The position numbers were made by a program, and so were the translations under genes. Shown here piece after piece: positions 18,530 through 26,015 of a stretch of 49,258 bases of DNA; position 1 is the stretch's first letter; every line of letters starts with the position of its first letter. The stretch is from Candidatus Woesebacteria bacterium GW2011_GWB1_39_10 (GTDB taxonomy: Bacteria > Patescibacteriota > Microgenomatia > UBA8517): the NCBI GenBank assembly GCA_000993205.1, contig LBVU01000001.1, forward strand, positions 74,155-123,412, written 5' to 3'. Under the pieces are notes generated by a model. It was not told the origin of the DNA, did not search any database, and saw only the letters and a program-made list of their open reading frames with translations.

Positions 18530-19039
18530 TTATTCAATAATTTTCCAGAGGTGATTAGCGATTGCCTTCATGTCGTTTCTGGCTTGAGCAACTTTGATTT
18601 TTTCGTCATCGAATAATTCCAATCTGTCCGAATGGACCGACCCGGGAGTACTGCTAACCCCGGTTAAACGTGGAAAATTGTAAAAAGCATAACTGGTTCC
18701 GTCGTGATTGGGAGAACCTTTAAATACTTTTATGCTTTTTAATTCTTTGATTTTTGAAAAGTCTGCATCTGTGTCTAATACGCACAAATCTGGTTTAATA
18801 TTTTGAGCTAAAAATTCGCCAACAAGTGCCCCGATGGAGTATCCGGTGCATGCATATTCGGTGACAATTAATAAACCGTCATTGAATCGATCTTTGTTTG
18901 TCTTGATAATTCTCGCAATTTTCGGTTTTACAATTTCGGCTGTCTCGTAGTTTGTAAGGTTTGAACCGGCATTCATGAAAAACACAGAAGGCGGTGGAAG
19001 CATAAGTTGATGTCTTTTTCTTCTAGCCAAATCTGCCAT
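18530..19039 (-). CDS. hypothetical protein (weak phosphoribosyltransferase-like LLIVTEYACTGYSIG segment)
   Basis: 169-aa ORF. It is in frame with the upstream 36-codon ORF across a single TGA (see findings). Confidence 0.55.
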   Translation of the reverse strand: MADLARRKRHQLMLPPPSVFFMNAGSNLTNYETAEIVKPKIARIIKTNKDRFNDGLLIVTEYACTGYSIGALVGEFLAQNIKPDLCVLDTDADFSKIKELKSIKVFKGSPNHDGTSYAFYNFPRLTGVSSTPGSVHSDRLELFDDEKIKVAQARNDMKAIANHLWKIIE

Positions 19040-19072
19040 GACGAGAGTGGGAAGTCTACCACTGACATCATC

Positions 19073-19183
19073 TCAAATAATAACTCCGTAGGTATGGAGA
19101 AACGGTTTCATTTTCCAAGCGATATTTTCAAAAGCCTCGACTGTTTGTTCTCGGTTAAATGGAGGACGTAGGTTTTCGATCAT
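19073..19183 (-). CDS. 36-codon ORF (MIENLRPPFNREQTVEAFENIAWKMKPFLHTYGVII), possibly the N-terminal part of 18530-19039 interrupted by an in-frame TGA
   Basis: The ATG at 19183 lies 8 nt downstream of a minus-strand TTGCGT-17-TAAAAT promoter. The TGA at 19075-19073 is in frame with the ATG at 19039. Confidence 0.35.
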   Translation of the reverse strand: MIENLRPPFNREQTVEAFENIAWKMKPFLHTYGVII

Positions 19184-19211
19184 TAGTGTGCATTTTAATC
19201 TCCGTTGGCTA

Positions 19212-19240
19212 TTGACGCAACTTATTCTGAAAAGTATATT
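19212..19240 (+). promoter_or_regulatory. sigma70-type promoter of trxA (TTGACG-17-TATATT)
   Basis: The hexamers can be read directly. The -10 ends 10 nt before the ATG at 19251. Its -35 overlaps the -35 of the divergent minus-strand promoter at 19215-19220. Confidence 0.6.
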
Positions 19241-19250
19241 GAAACTTGCT

Positions 19251-19574
19251 ATGGCAACGACAAATATCACAGACGTTAATTTTGAAGAACAAGTAATAAA
19301 AAATAAACTTCCGGTGTTAGTTGATTTTTGGGCAACCTGGTGCGGACCATGCCTGATGGCGGCTCCAATTTTAGAAGAGCTTTCGGAAGCTTATAAAGAT
19401 AAAGTATTGATAATGAAATTGGATGTTGACGCCAATCCTGCGACGTCATCGAAATATGGAGTAATGTCGATTCCTACAACGGTTTTATTTAAAGACGGAA
19501 AAGAAATAGGACGTCATACGGGCTTTGCAGGAAAACAAGGTTTTGAAGAGTTAATGATGAAAGGTGGTGATTAA
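19251..19574 (+). CDS. trxA: thioredoxin
   Basis: VLVDFWATWCGPC active site, 107 aa. The start is an internal ATG of track ORF 19188-19574. Confidence 0.92.
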   Translation: MATTNITDVNFEEQVIKNKLPVLVDFWATWCGPCLMAAPILEELSEAYKDKVLIMKLDVDANPATSSKYGVMSIPTTVLFKDGKEIGRHTGFAGKQGFEELMMKGGD

Positions 19575-19576
19575 TT

Positions 19577-19819
19577 ATGGATCCAAACGCAACAAATCCG
19601 ATAGTTCCAGCCGCAGACCCGAACGCTCCCGTTCAGGCGCCTGTCATGCCCGGAACAGATCAACCAGTGGGAACTCCCGCTCCAGTTGAACCAGTCATGC
19701 CGGTTGAGCCAGCAATGCCAGAGCCAGAAGCTCCCGCCATGCCGACACCGGCCCCAACTGAAGGAACAGGAGATGCTACAGGTGGAATGCCACCCGTGGT
19801 ACCCCCAGCAACCGTTTAA
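19577..19819 (+). CDS. Pro/Ala-rich low-complexity protein
   Basis: 80 aa made of PV/PA/MP repeats. It has the SD-like GGTGGTGA and starts 2 nt after the trxA stop. Codons are dominated by CCN and GCN. Confidence 0.45.
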   Translation: MDPNATNPIVPAADPNAPVQAPVMPGTDQPVGTPAPVEPVMPVEPAMPEPEAPAMPTPAPTEGTGDATGGMPPVVPPATV

Positions 19820-19964
19820 TGAAGTTGGAAGTCAGAGGTTTGAAGAATGAAGGGAGAGTATGATGTTTGAATTTTGGAGCGTGGTTTTTCCAGCTTCAGT
19901 TTTCGTACTTCAAAACTCGTCTTCGAGCTTCAAATCTCAAACGTCTTACTTCATTCATTAAAAT
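19818..19964. repeat. about 21-unit heptamer-periodic array filling the spacer, built as two inverted halves (NNNGAAG x9, then TTCNNNN x11)
   Basis: aatgaag ttggaag tcagagg tttgaag aatgaag ... ttccagc ttcagtt ttcgtac ttcaaaa ... tcattca ttaaaat, ending at the trxB ATG at 19963. Confidence 0.75.
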
Positions 19965-20949
19965 GGACCAACAAACTTTCTCAACTAAACCCGCCGATCT
20001 AAAAGGTCCCTGGGATGTGGCCATAATTGGATCCGGTCCAGCCGCTTTAACGGCTGCAATTTATACGACCCGCGGTGCAGCCTCAACCCTAATTCTTGGG
20101 GGAGAAATTTGGGGAGGACAGTTGATGCTAACCACGGAAGTTGATAACTTTCCGGGTTTCCCGCAAGGAATATTGGGGCCAAAATTAATGGGAGAGATGC
20201 GCGCCCAGGCAGAAAGATTTGGCGCAGAATTTGTGGGGCAGAATGTCACCGCTATAAACATTTCCCAACAACCTTTTCAGATAACAGTAAACAGTCAACA
20301 GTATTCAGCAAGGTCTATTATTATTGCAACCGGAGCCGAAACTTTGTGGCTTGATGCTCCAGGAGTTCAAAAACTAATAGGACGGGGAGTGTCCTCGTGC
20401 GCCCCTTGTGACGCCCCGTTTTTCAAAAACAAAAAAGTTGCAGTGGTGGGTGGGGGAGATAGCGCAATGGAGGAGGCTCTCGTACTAACAAAATACGCTT
20501 CGGAAGTAACAATTATCCATAGACGCGATTCATTCCGCGCCTCAGCCGCGATGCAAAGAGAGGTACTCGAAAATCCTAAGATAAAAGTGGTATGGAACAC
20601 AGAAGTCACTGAGGTAAAAGGAGAATTAAAAATTGAGAGTTTAGAATTAAAAAATAATAAAACAGGCGAAACTTCAAATTTTCCGGTGGATGGACTTTTT
20701 ATTGCAATTGGACACAAACCCGGTAGTGAAGTTTTTAAAGGAATAATTGAAACTGACGAACGGGGATTCATTAAAAAAACGACAAGCGACAAGAGACAAG
20801 AGACAGGTTATGAATCTGCCACAAATGTTCAAGGTATTTTCGTTGCTGGGGATGTTCATGACGCTCGTTACAAGCAGGCAATAACCGCTGCCGGGTTTGG
20901 ATGTATGGCTGGAATGGACGCCTTAAAATACTTAGAAATTAGTCGCTAG
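19963..20949 (+). CDS. trxB: thioredoxin-disulfide reductase
   Basis: DVAIIGSGPAALTAAIY (FAD binding), the redox-active CAPCDA, VVGGGDSAMEEA (NADPH binding) and GIFVAGDV. Confidence 0.92.
   Translation: MDQQTFSTKPADLKGPWDVAIIGSGPAALTAAIYTTRGAASTLILGGEIWGGQLMLTTEVDNFPGFPQGILGPKLMGEMRAQAERFGAEFVGQNVTAINISQQPFQITVNSQQYSARSIIIATGAETLWLDAPGVQKLIGRGVSSCAPCDAPFFKNKKVAVVGGGDSAMEEALVLTKYASEVTIIHRRDSFRASAAMQREVLENPKIKVVWNTEVTEVKGELKIESLELKNNKTGETSNFPVDGLFIAIGHKPGSEVFKGIIETDERGFIKKTTSDKRQETGYESATNVQGIFVAGDVHDARYKQAITAAGFGCMAGMDALKYLEISR
20781..20808 (+). repeat. GACAAGN x4 heptamer array, in frame within trxB
   Basis: gacaagc gacaaga gacaaga gacaggt encodes SDKRQETG. Confidence 0.7.
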
Positions 20950-21011
20950 ATATTAGTAACTAGTTTCTTTTCGGCATTGACTTTTTTTTATTCTTCGGGC
21001 AGAATGTACGG

Positions 21012-21821
21012 ATGTCAGTAAATGAAGAGAAAGCTCCACGGACAAGTGTTTTTGAAAAGATAGCTCCAATTCTCGTAGTGCTTAGCATTGGTCTTGCATT
21101 TATGGTTGGAGTCTTGTGGCAAAAGGTTAACAATTTGGAAAAGGGTGGCACAACAGCCACAACAAACACAGGAGGTCAGCCCAACCAACCCGTTGTGAGT
21201 TTGGACACAATTAAAGGTCTTTTTGATAAAAATCTTGTTAAGTTCGGTGGTAAAGACAGGAAAGTGTTGTTTGTAGAAGTTGCGGATCCATCTTGTCCGT
21301 ATTGTCATGTCGCGACAGGGCTTAATTCAACATTAAATAATCAAATGGGAGGCCAGTTCAAGTTGGTTAAAGATGGAGGTAAGTATATTGCGCCGGTTGC
21401 TGAAATGAGAAAGCTGGTTGATTTCGGCAAAGCTTCTTACGTTTGGATTTACACTCCGGGACACGGAAACGGAGAAATGGGATCAAAGGCACTTTATTGT
21501 GCCCAAGATGTCGGCAAATTTTGGGAAGTCCACGATCTACTCTATACAAATGCTGGGTATGATTTCATGAATACAACTGTAAAGAATGATAAAACCAAAT
21601 CGGAAGAGGTCGCAAATTTTCTTAAAAGTGCGACAGACCCGGCTGAAATGAAAAAGTGTCTAGATAGCGGCAAGTATGATTCCAGGTTAACTGAAGAGAC
21701 GGATATTGCCAAGTCAATTGGGATAAGTGGAACCCCGGGATTTTTTATTAACGCCACCAGTTATGCAGGTGCATACAGCTGGACAGATATGAAATCGACT
21801 GTAGATGCTGCCCTAAAATAA
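21012..21821 (+). CDS. membrane-anchored DsbA-family thiol:disulfide oxidoreductase
   Basis: An N-terminal TM helix, the thioredoxin-fold CPYC active site (DPSCPYCH) and the C-terminal GISGTPGFFIN motif. Confidence 0.8.
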   Translation: MSVNEEKAPRTSVFEKIAPILVVLSIGLAFMVGVLWQKVNNLEKGGTTATTNTGGQPNQPVVSLDTIKGLFDKNLVKFGGKDRKVLFVEVADPSCPYCHVATGLNSTLNNQMGGQFKLVKDGGKYIAPVAEMRKLVDFGKASYVWIYTPGHGNGEMGSKALYCAQDVGKFWEVHDLLYTNAGYDFMNTTVKNDKTKSEEVANFLKSATDPAEMKKCLDSGKYDSRLTEETDIAKSIGISGTPGFFINATSYAGAYSWTDMKSTVDAALK

Positions 21822-21825
21822 CTTC

Positions 21826-21927
21826 AAAGTAATACAAGTAATGAAAGTATTACAGGTGTTACAGGCAGAAAACAGGCTCACATGTTATACTTGTTGTGCT
21901 TGTAATACTTTTTATACTTTTACTCAT
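21826..21927. repeat. 9-nt-period array in two inverted halves (AAAGTAATA-type, then TGTNATACT-type)
   Basis: aaagtaata caagtaatg aaagtatta caggtgtta ... tgttatact tgttgtgct tgtaatact ttttatact tttactcat, ending at the ATG at 21926. Confidence 0.65.
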
Positions 21928-22741
21928 GGACAAATCACATACAAAAATAACTAAGTCTTCTTTGGATGCCATCAGAATTCAGATTCCAACCAACGGAAAT
22001 AAGATGCTGGAGGAAGTTTTGAATCGAATCAATAAAAATGATGAGATCAAGGCTTTGTGGAAGATCATAAATGTGATGGCGACAGACAGGTTAAGGATGA
22101 GTGATCACGGACCGACTCATTTTGGCATCGTGGCCAACAATGGAATTAAAATTGCAAGAATTTTGGAAAGTAAAGGTATTGAGATGTCGATTGTCCACGA
22201 CTTTGCTCTAACCATAGAGCATGCAGAAGTTGCGATTTTTCTTGCATGCATAATGCACGATCTGGGAATGTCCATCCACAGAGAGGGTCACGAGGGATTT
22301 AGTTTGTTCATAGCCCGTGATATGTTGAAAGAAATTCTATCGTTTCTGCCAATTGAAGAAAAAATGGTGGTAATATCCGAGACTCTCCACGCAATCATTT
22401 CTCACAGGGCTTATGGCAAGCCCTCCACGGTTGAGGCCGGAATTGTCAGGATTGCAGACGCCATTGATATGGGGAAGGGTAGAAGTAGAATTTCTTACAC
22501 ACGCGGGGAGTTTAATATATATTCTGAATCAGACCTGGCGATTTCCCGAGTAGAAATCTTGGTAGGAAAAGAGCGGCCAATCGAAATTAGAATTCACATG
22601 ACCAATCCCGCTGGTGTGTTCCAGGTTGACGACATAATGACCGAAAAACTTAAAGGAAGCAATATTGAAAAATATATAACAATAACGGCTTATATTATGG
22701 AAGACAACACAGAGAGACTCTATAAGGAATATACTTCTTAA
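21926..22741 (+). CDS. HD-domain metal-dependent phosphohydrolase
   Basis: MSDHGPTHF plus IMHDLGMSIHREGHE (the H...HD signature). The start is an internal ATG of track ORF 21896-22741. Confidence 0.75.
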   Translation: MDKSHTKITKSSLDAIRIQIPTNGNKMLEEVLNRINKNDEIKALWKIINVMATDRLRMSDHGPTHFGIVANNGIKIARILESKGIEMSIVHDFALTIEHAEVAIFLACIMHDLGMSIHREGHEGFSLFIARDMLKEILSFLPIEEKMVVISETLHAIISHRAYGKPSTVEAGIVRIADAIDMGKGRSRISYTRGEFNIYSESDLAISRVEILVGKERPIEIRIHMTNPAGVFQVDDIMTEKLKGSNIEKYITITAYIMEDNTERLYKEYTS

Positions 22742-22755
22742 TGCTAGAATAGAGT

Positions 22756-24441
22756 ATGGCTCTGCCCGACCAAAAAATTATAGATTTAGTGAAGAAGAGT
22801 GGTGTGCTTGACACTGCCGCGATAAAAAAAGCCGAGGATTATGCGGTAGGGACTCGTTCTCCAAATTTAGTAGACGCCTTTATAGAAAGCGGAGTTTTAT
22901 CCGAAGACCAACTTGGCGCAATAATTGCCGGTTATTATAACGTTCCTTATGTTGCACTCTCTAAAGAATCGATTACCGAAGATGTGGCCCACATTATTCC
23001 CGACAAAGTTGCCAGACGTCAAAAAGCGATTGCTTTTGCCAGGGATGCAAATGGGGTAAAGGTAGCGCTTAATGACCCTACCAATAAAGCAATAGTATCG
23101 ATGATTATCCGTAAAACCGGGCAGAAAGTAACAACATACTATGCCAACGAAAGCGAAATTGAAGGCACCGTTCAACTTTACGAAAAAGCGCTTCAACGAA
23201 CAATCGATGAACTTTTGCAGGAGTATGTTAAACAGGCAACCTTATATAAAGGAGACCTTCCCATTATAAAAGTTGTCGATGAGCTAGTGAATGCGTCTTA
23301 TCACGACAGGGCAAGCGATGTTCACATTGAACCTGAAGAAAAAACATCGCTAATCCGCTTCAGGATCGATGGAGTTTTGCAGGACGTTTTGCGGGTTCCG
23401 AGGGAGGTTCACGACCGGATTATTTCCAGAATTAAAGTGTTATCAAATCTGAGGACAGATGAGCACTTAAGCGCCCAGGATGGCAAAATGACTGCGCGTT
23501 TGGAAGAAGAAAATTTGGATATCCGTGTTTCGATTTTACCTGTAACTCAGGGTGAAAAAGCGGTTTTAAGGCTTCTTTCGGGGCATTCCAGGGAATATAC
23601 TTTGACTGACCTGGGAATGAACGCCCCCGATCTTCAAAAGGTTACAAACGCATTCAACAGGAGTTTTGGAATGATTCTTTCAACAGGACCCACAGGGAGC
23701 GGTAAAACGACCTCGATTTACGCGATTTTGAAGGTTTTAAACACCCGCGAAAAAAACATAATGACAATCGAGGATCCAGTGGAATACAGAATTGCAGGTT
23801 CCAATCAGGTACAGGTAAATTCAAAAACAAATTTAACTTTTGCAAACGGTTTGAGATCAATTTTGAGACAGGATCCAAATGTAATATTTGTAGGGGAAAT
23901 AAGAGATGGGGAAACGGCGGGAATTGCCGTTAATGCGGCACTGACGGGACATTTAGTCCTTTCTACACTTCATACTAACGATGCGGCAACCGCGATCCCG
24001 CGTCTAAGCGACATGAAAGTCGAGCCGTTTTTGGTTGCTTCCACTGTGAATGTAATCATTGCCCAAAGGCTTGTCAGACAGATTTGCTCTTCGTGCAAGT
24101 CTGAGGAAAAAATGGCGATGACTGAAGTAGTAAAACATTTTCCGCAAAATTTGGTGAAAAGGTATTTTGGAAATACTCCGGAAGTTACCGTTCACAAAGG
24201 AAAAGGGTGTAAAATTTGTAGACAGACAGGATACACCGGCAGGGTCGGCCTGTTTGAAGTATTGGAAGTTACAAAGGAGATTAGAAAGTTGATTTCGGGG
24301 AGAGCCGATTCTGATGTTATTGCCCAAGCGGCAATTGCGGAGGGAATGAAAACAATGCTTGATGACGGACTTGAAAAAGTAGCAATGGGTGTGACTACAA
24401 TGGAAGAAGTGATTAGAGTAACAAAGGTGGAGTCAGTATAG
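22756..24441 (+). CDS. pilB: type IV pilus assembly / type II secretion ATPase (PilB/GspE family)
   Basis: Walker A GPTGSGKTT, VGEIRD, GHLVLSTLHTN and the tetracysteine CSSC...CKIC. Confidence 0.93.
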   Translation: MALPDQKIIDLVKKSGVLDTAAIKKAEDYAVGTRSPNLVDAFIESGVLSEDQLGAIIAGYYNVPYVALSKESITEDVAHIIPDKVARRQKAIAFARDANGVKVALNDPTNKAIVSMIIRKTGQKVTTYYANESEIEGTVQLYEKALQRTIDELLQEYVKQATLYKGDLPIIKVVDELVNASYHDRASDVHIEPEEKTSLIRFRIDGVLQDVLRVPREVHDRIISRIKVLSNLRTDEHLSAQDGKMTARLEEENLDIRVSILPVTQGEKAVLRLLSGHSREYTLTDLGMNAPDLQKVTNAFNRSFGMILSTGPTGSGKTTSIYAILKVLNTREKNIMTIEDPVEYRIAGSNQVQVNSKTNLTFANGLRSILRQDPNVIFVGEIRDGETAGIAVNAALTGHLVLSTLHTNDAATAIPRLSDMKVEPFLVASTVNVIIAQRLVRQICSSCKSEEKMAMTEVVKHFPQNLVKRYFGNTPEVTVHKGKGCKICRQTGYTGRVGLFEVLEVTKEIRKLISGRADSDVIAQAAIAEGMKTMLDDGLEKVAMGVTTMEEVIRVTKVESV

Positions 24442-24447
24442 AAAAAG

Positions 24448-24480
24448 ATCCTATCGCCACGTCGAACGTGGCTCCAGGAT
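24448..24480 (+). other. 12-bp interrupted hairpin between pilB and pilC
   Basis: ATCCT/AGGAT and GCCACGT/ACGTGGC stems around a CGA loop. There is no T-tract, so it is not a classic terminator. Confidence 0.45.
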
Positions 24481-24486
24481 GACATT

Positions 24487-25539
24487 ATGCAGGACAAAGA
24501 CGTTAAATTATCATCTGGGGACAAAATTGCGTTAATCAGTAATTTGTCGACTATGCTTTCCGCGGGGATTCCGATCCTTGATGCTGTCAACAATCTTTTG
24601 GAGGACAGTAAGAGTGGGGTCAAAAAGATTCTGGAAACTTTAAGGGATGATCTAACTCAGGGACATCAAGTAAATTTTACTCTTGCTAAGTTCACAAACG
24701 CCTTTGATAAAGTCACGGTAAACGTTGTTAAGGCATCTGAGGAGGCGGGTACCCTGGATATTACTCTCAAGGATTTAAAAGCAAGTCTGCAGAAACAAAA
24801 CGAGTTTAACGATAAGGTCAGGTCCGCCTTGATTTATCCGGTTTTTATTGTTGGGGTTTTTGTGCTGGTACTTTTGGTCCAACTTGTTTATGTTATTCCT
24901 AAGATTGCCATGGTCTTTAAAAACTTAAGGGTTCCTCTTCCACTTCCTACAAAAATATTGATAGCCGTGTCCGATTTTATGCTCAAAAACACGATAATTT
25001 TTCTTTTTGTATTAGCCGGCATAATTCTATTTTTCATCTTTCTATATACCAAAAAGAAGGGTTTTATATTAAATATTTTTTATTCACTGCCAGGGGTTAG
25101 CGGCCTTGTAAAACTTATCGACCTGACCAGGTTTTCCAGATCTCTATACCTACTGTTAAACTCCGGGCTTCCGATTGTTGCGGCATTGGATCTTACAAGC
25201 GAGGTAGTAGTGAGGGTTCAAACTCAAAAGATAATAAATAAGTCAAAGGAAATGATATTGGGTGGAAAGACGTTTTCGGACGGTTTAAGAACTGCAAAGG
25301 GGTATATTCCAACTATTATGATAAAACTGGTTGAGACAGGAGAGAAAACCGGAAGTCTTGATAAGTCACTAGCTGATATTTCGGAATATTTTGATTATCA
25401 AGTGTCTACCACGCTTAAAACCCTTACAGCGCTTCTTGAGCCAATAATGTTAGTAGTAATAGGTGTAATGGTGGGAGGAATGATGATATCCATTATTGCC
25501 CCAATCTATGGTCTTATTAGCCAGGTGTCTCCACACTAA
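24487..25539 (+). CDS. pilC: type IV pilus platform protein (PilC/GspF family)
   Basis: Two GspF-type repeats (LSTMLSAGIPILDA and LLNSGLPIVAAL) and 3 TM segments. Confidence 0.88.
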   Translation: MQDKDVKLSSGDKIALISNLSTMLSAGIPILDAVNNLLEDSKSGVKKILETLRDDLTQGHQVNFTLAKFTNAFDKVTVNVVKASEEAGTLDITLKDLKASLQKQNEFNDKVRSALIYPVFIVGVFVLVLLVQLVYVIPKIAMVFKNLRVPLPLPTKILIAVSDFMLKNTIIFLFVLAGIILFFIFLYTKKKGFILNIFYSLPGVSGLVKLIDLTRFSRSLYLLLNSGLPIVAALDLTSEVVVRVQTQKIINKSKEMILGGKTFSDGLRTAKGYIPTIMIKLVETGEKTGSLDKSLADISEYFDYQVSTTLKTLTALLEPIMLVVIGVMVGGMMISIIAPIYGLISQVSPH

Positions 25540-25543
25540 TTCC

Positions 25544-25978
25544 ATGAAGAAAGTACATAGTACAAAGTACATAGTACAGAGGGGTTTTACGGTAGTTGAG
25601 CTTATGCTTTCGGTCGGTATTTTAGGGATTCTTCTTGCGCTTACGACAATAAATCTGGGCCGTCTACCTGCCTCTTCCGCGCAAAGCGCCGCTTACGATG
25701 TTCTTATTAATGATATTCGTTCACAGCAAACCCAGGCTATGGCCGGAAATATCAATTTTGGGATTCATTTTGATTCAACAAGCTATACACTGACTCCGTC
25801 AAACTTTATCGTAAGTCTGGACCCGGGGCTGAGTTTTACGGACGTCACATTTCCTGGGGGGGATTTAAATTTTTTGGCGGGGAGCGGAGAGACAACCCCC
25901 GGCACATTTTCTATCTTCAATGATCAAATAAATCAAACGACGGTGGTTAATATCAATAAATATGGCGCAACTTATTAA
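25544..25978 (+). CDS. prepilin-type N-terminal cleavage/methylation domain protein (minor pilin)
   Basis: MKKVHSTKYIVQRG|FTVVELMLSVGILGILLAL is a class III signal. The leader is encoded by a heptamer array. Confidence 0.8.
   Translation: MKKVHSTKYIVQRGFTVVELMLSVGILGILLALTTINLGRLPASSAQSAAYDVLINDIRSQQTQAMAGNINFGIHFDSTSYTLTPSNFIVSLDPGLSFTDVTFPGGDLNFLAGSGETTPGTFSIFNDQINQTTVVNINKYGATY
25552..25579 (+). repeat. AGTACAN x4 heptamer array encoding a prepilin leader
   Basis: agtacat agtacaa agtacat agtacag, followed by aggggt. It belongs to the same family as 17141-17168. Confidence 0.75.
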
Positions 25979-25980
25979 GC

Positions 25981-26015
25981 AATTAATAATTAATAATTAA
26001 GAATGAAGAATGTAA
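25981..26015. repeat. heptamer array (aattaat aattaat aattaag aatgaag aatgtaa) spanning the start codon at 26003
   Basis: The 7-nt period can be read directly. Confidence 0.7.

Noticed and set aside
19073-19075. In-frame TGA as evidence for an alternative genetic code (UGA = Gly or Trp, as in some CPR relatives)
   Set aside because: TGA terminates well-defined genes at conserved C-termini in this window, for example the response regulator (...VHGVGYII*, 13875-13877) and the histidine kinase (15206-15208). Standard code 11 fits.
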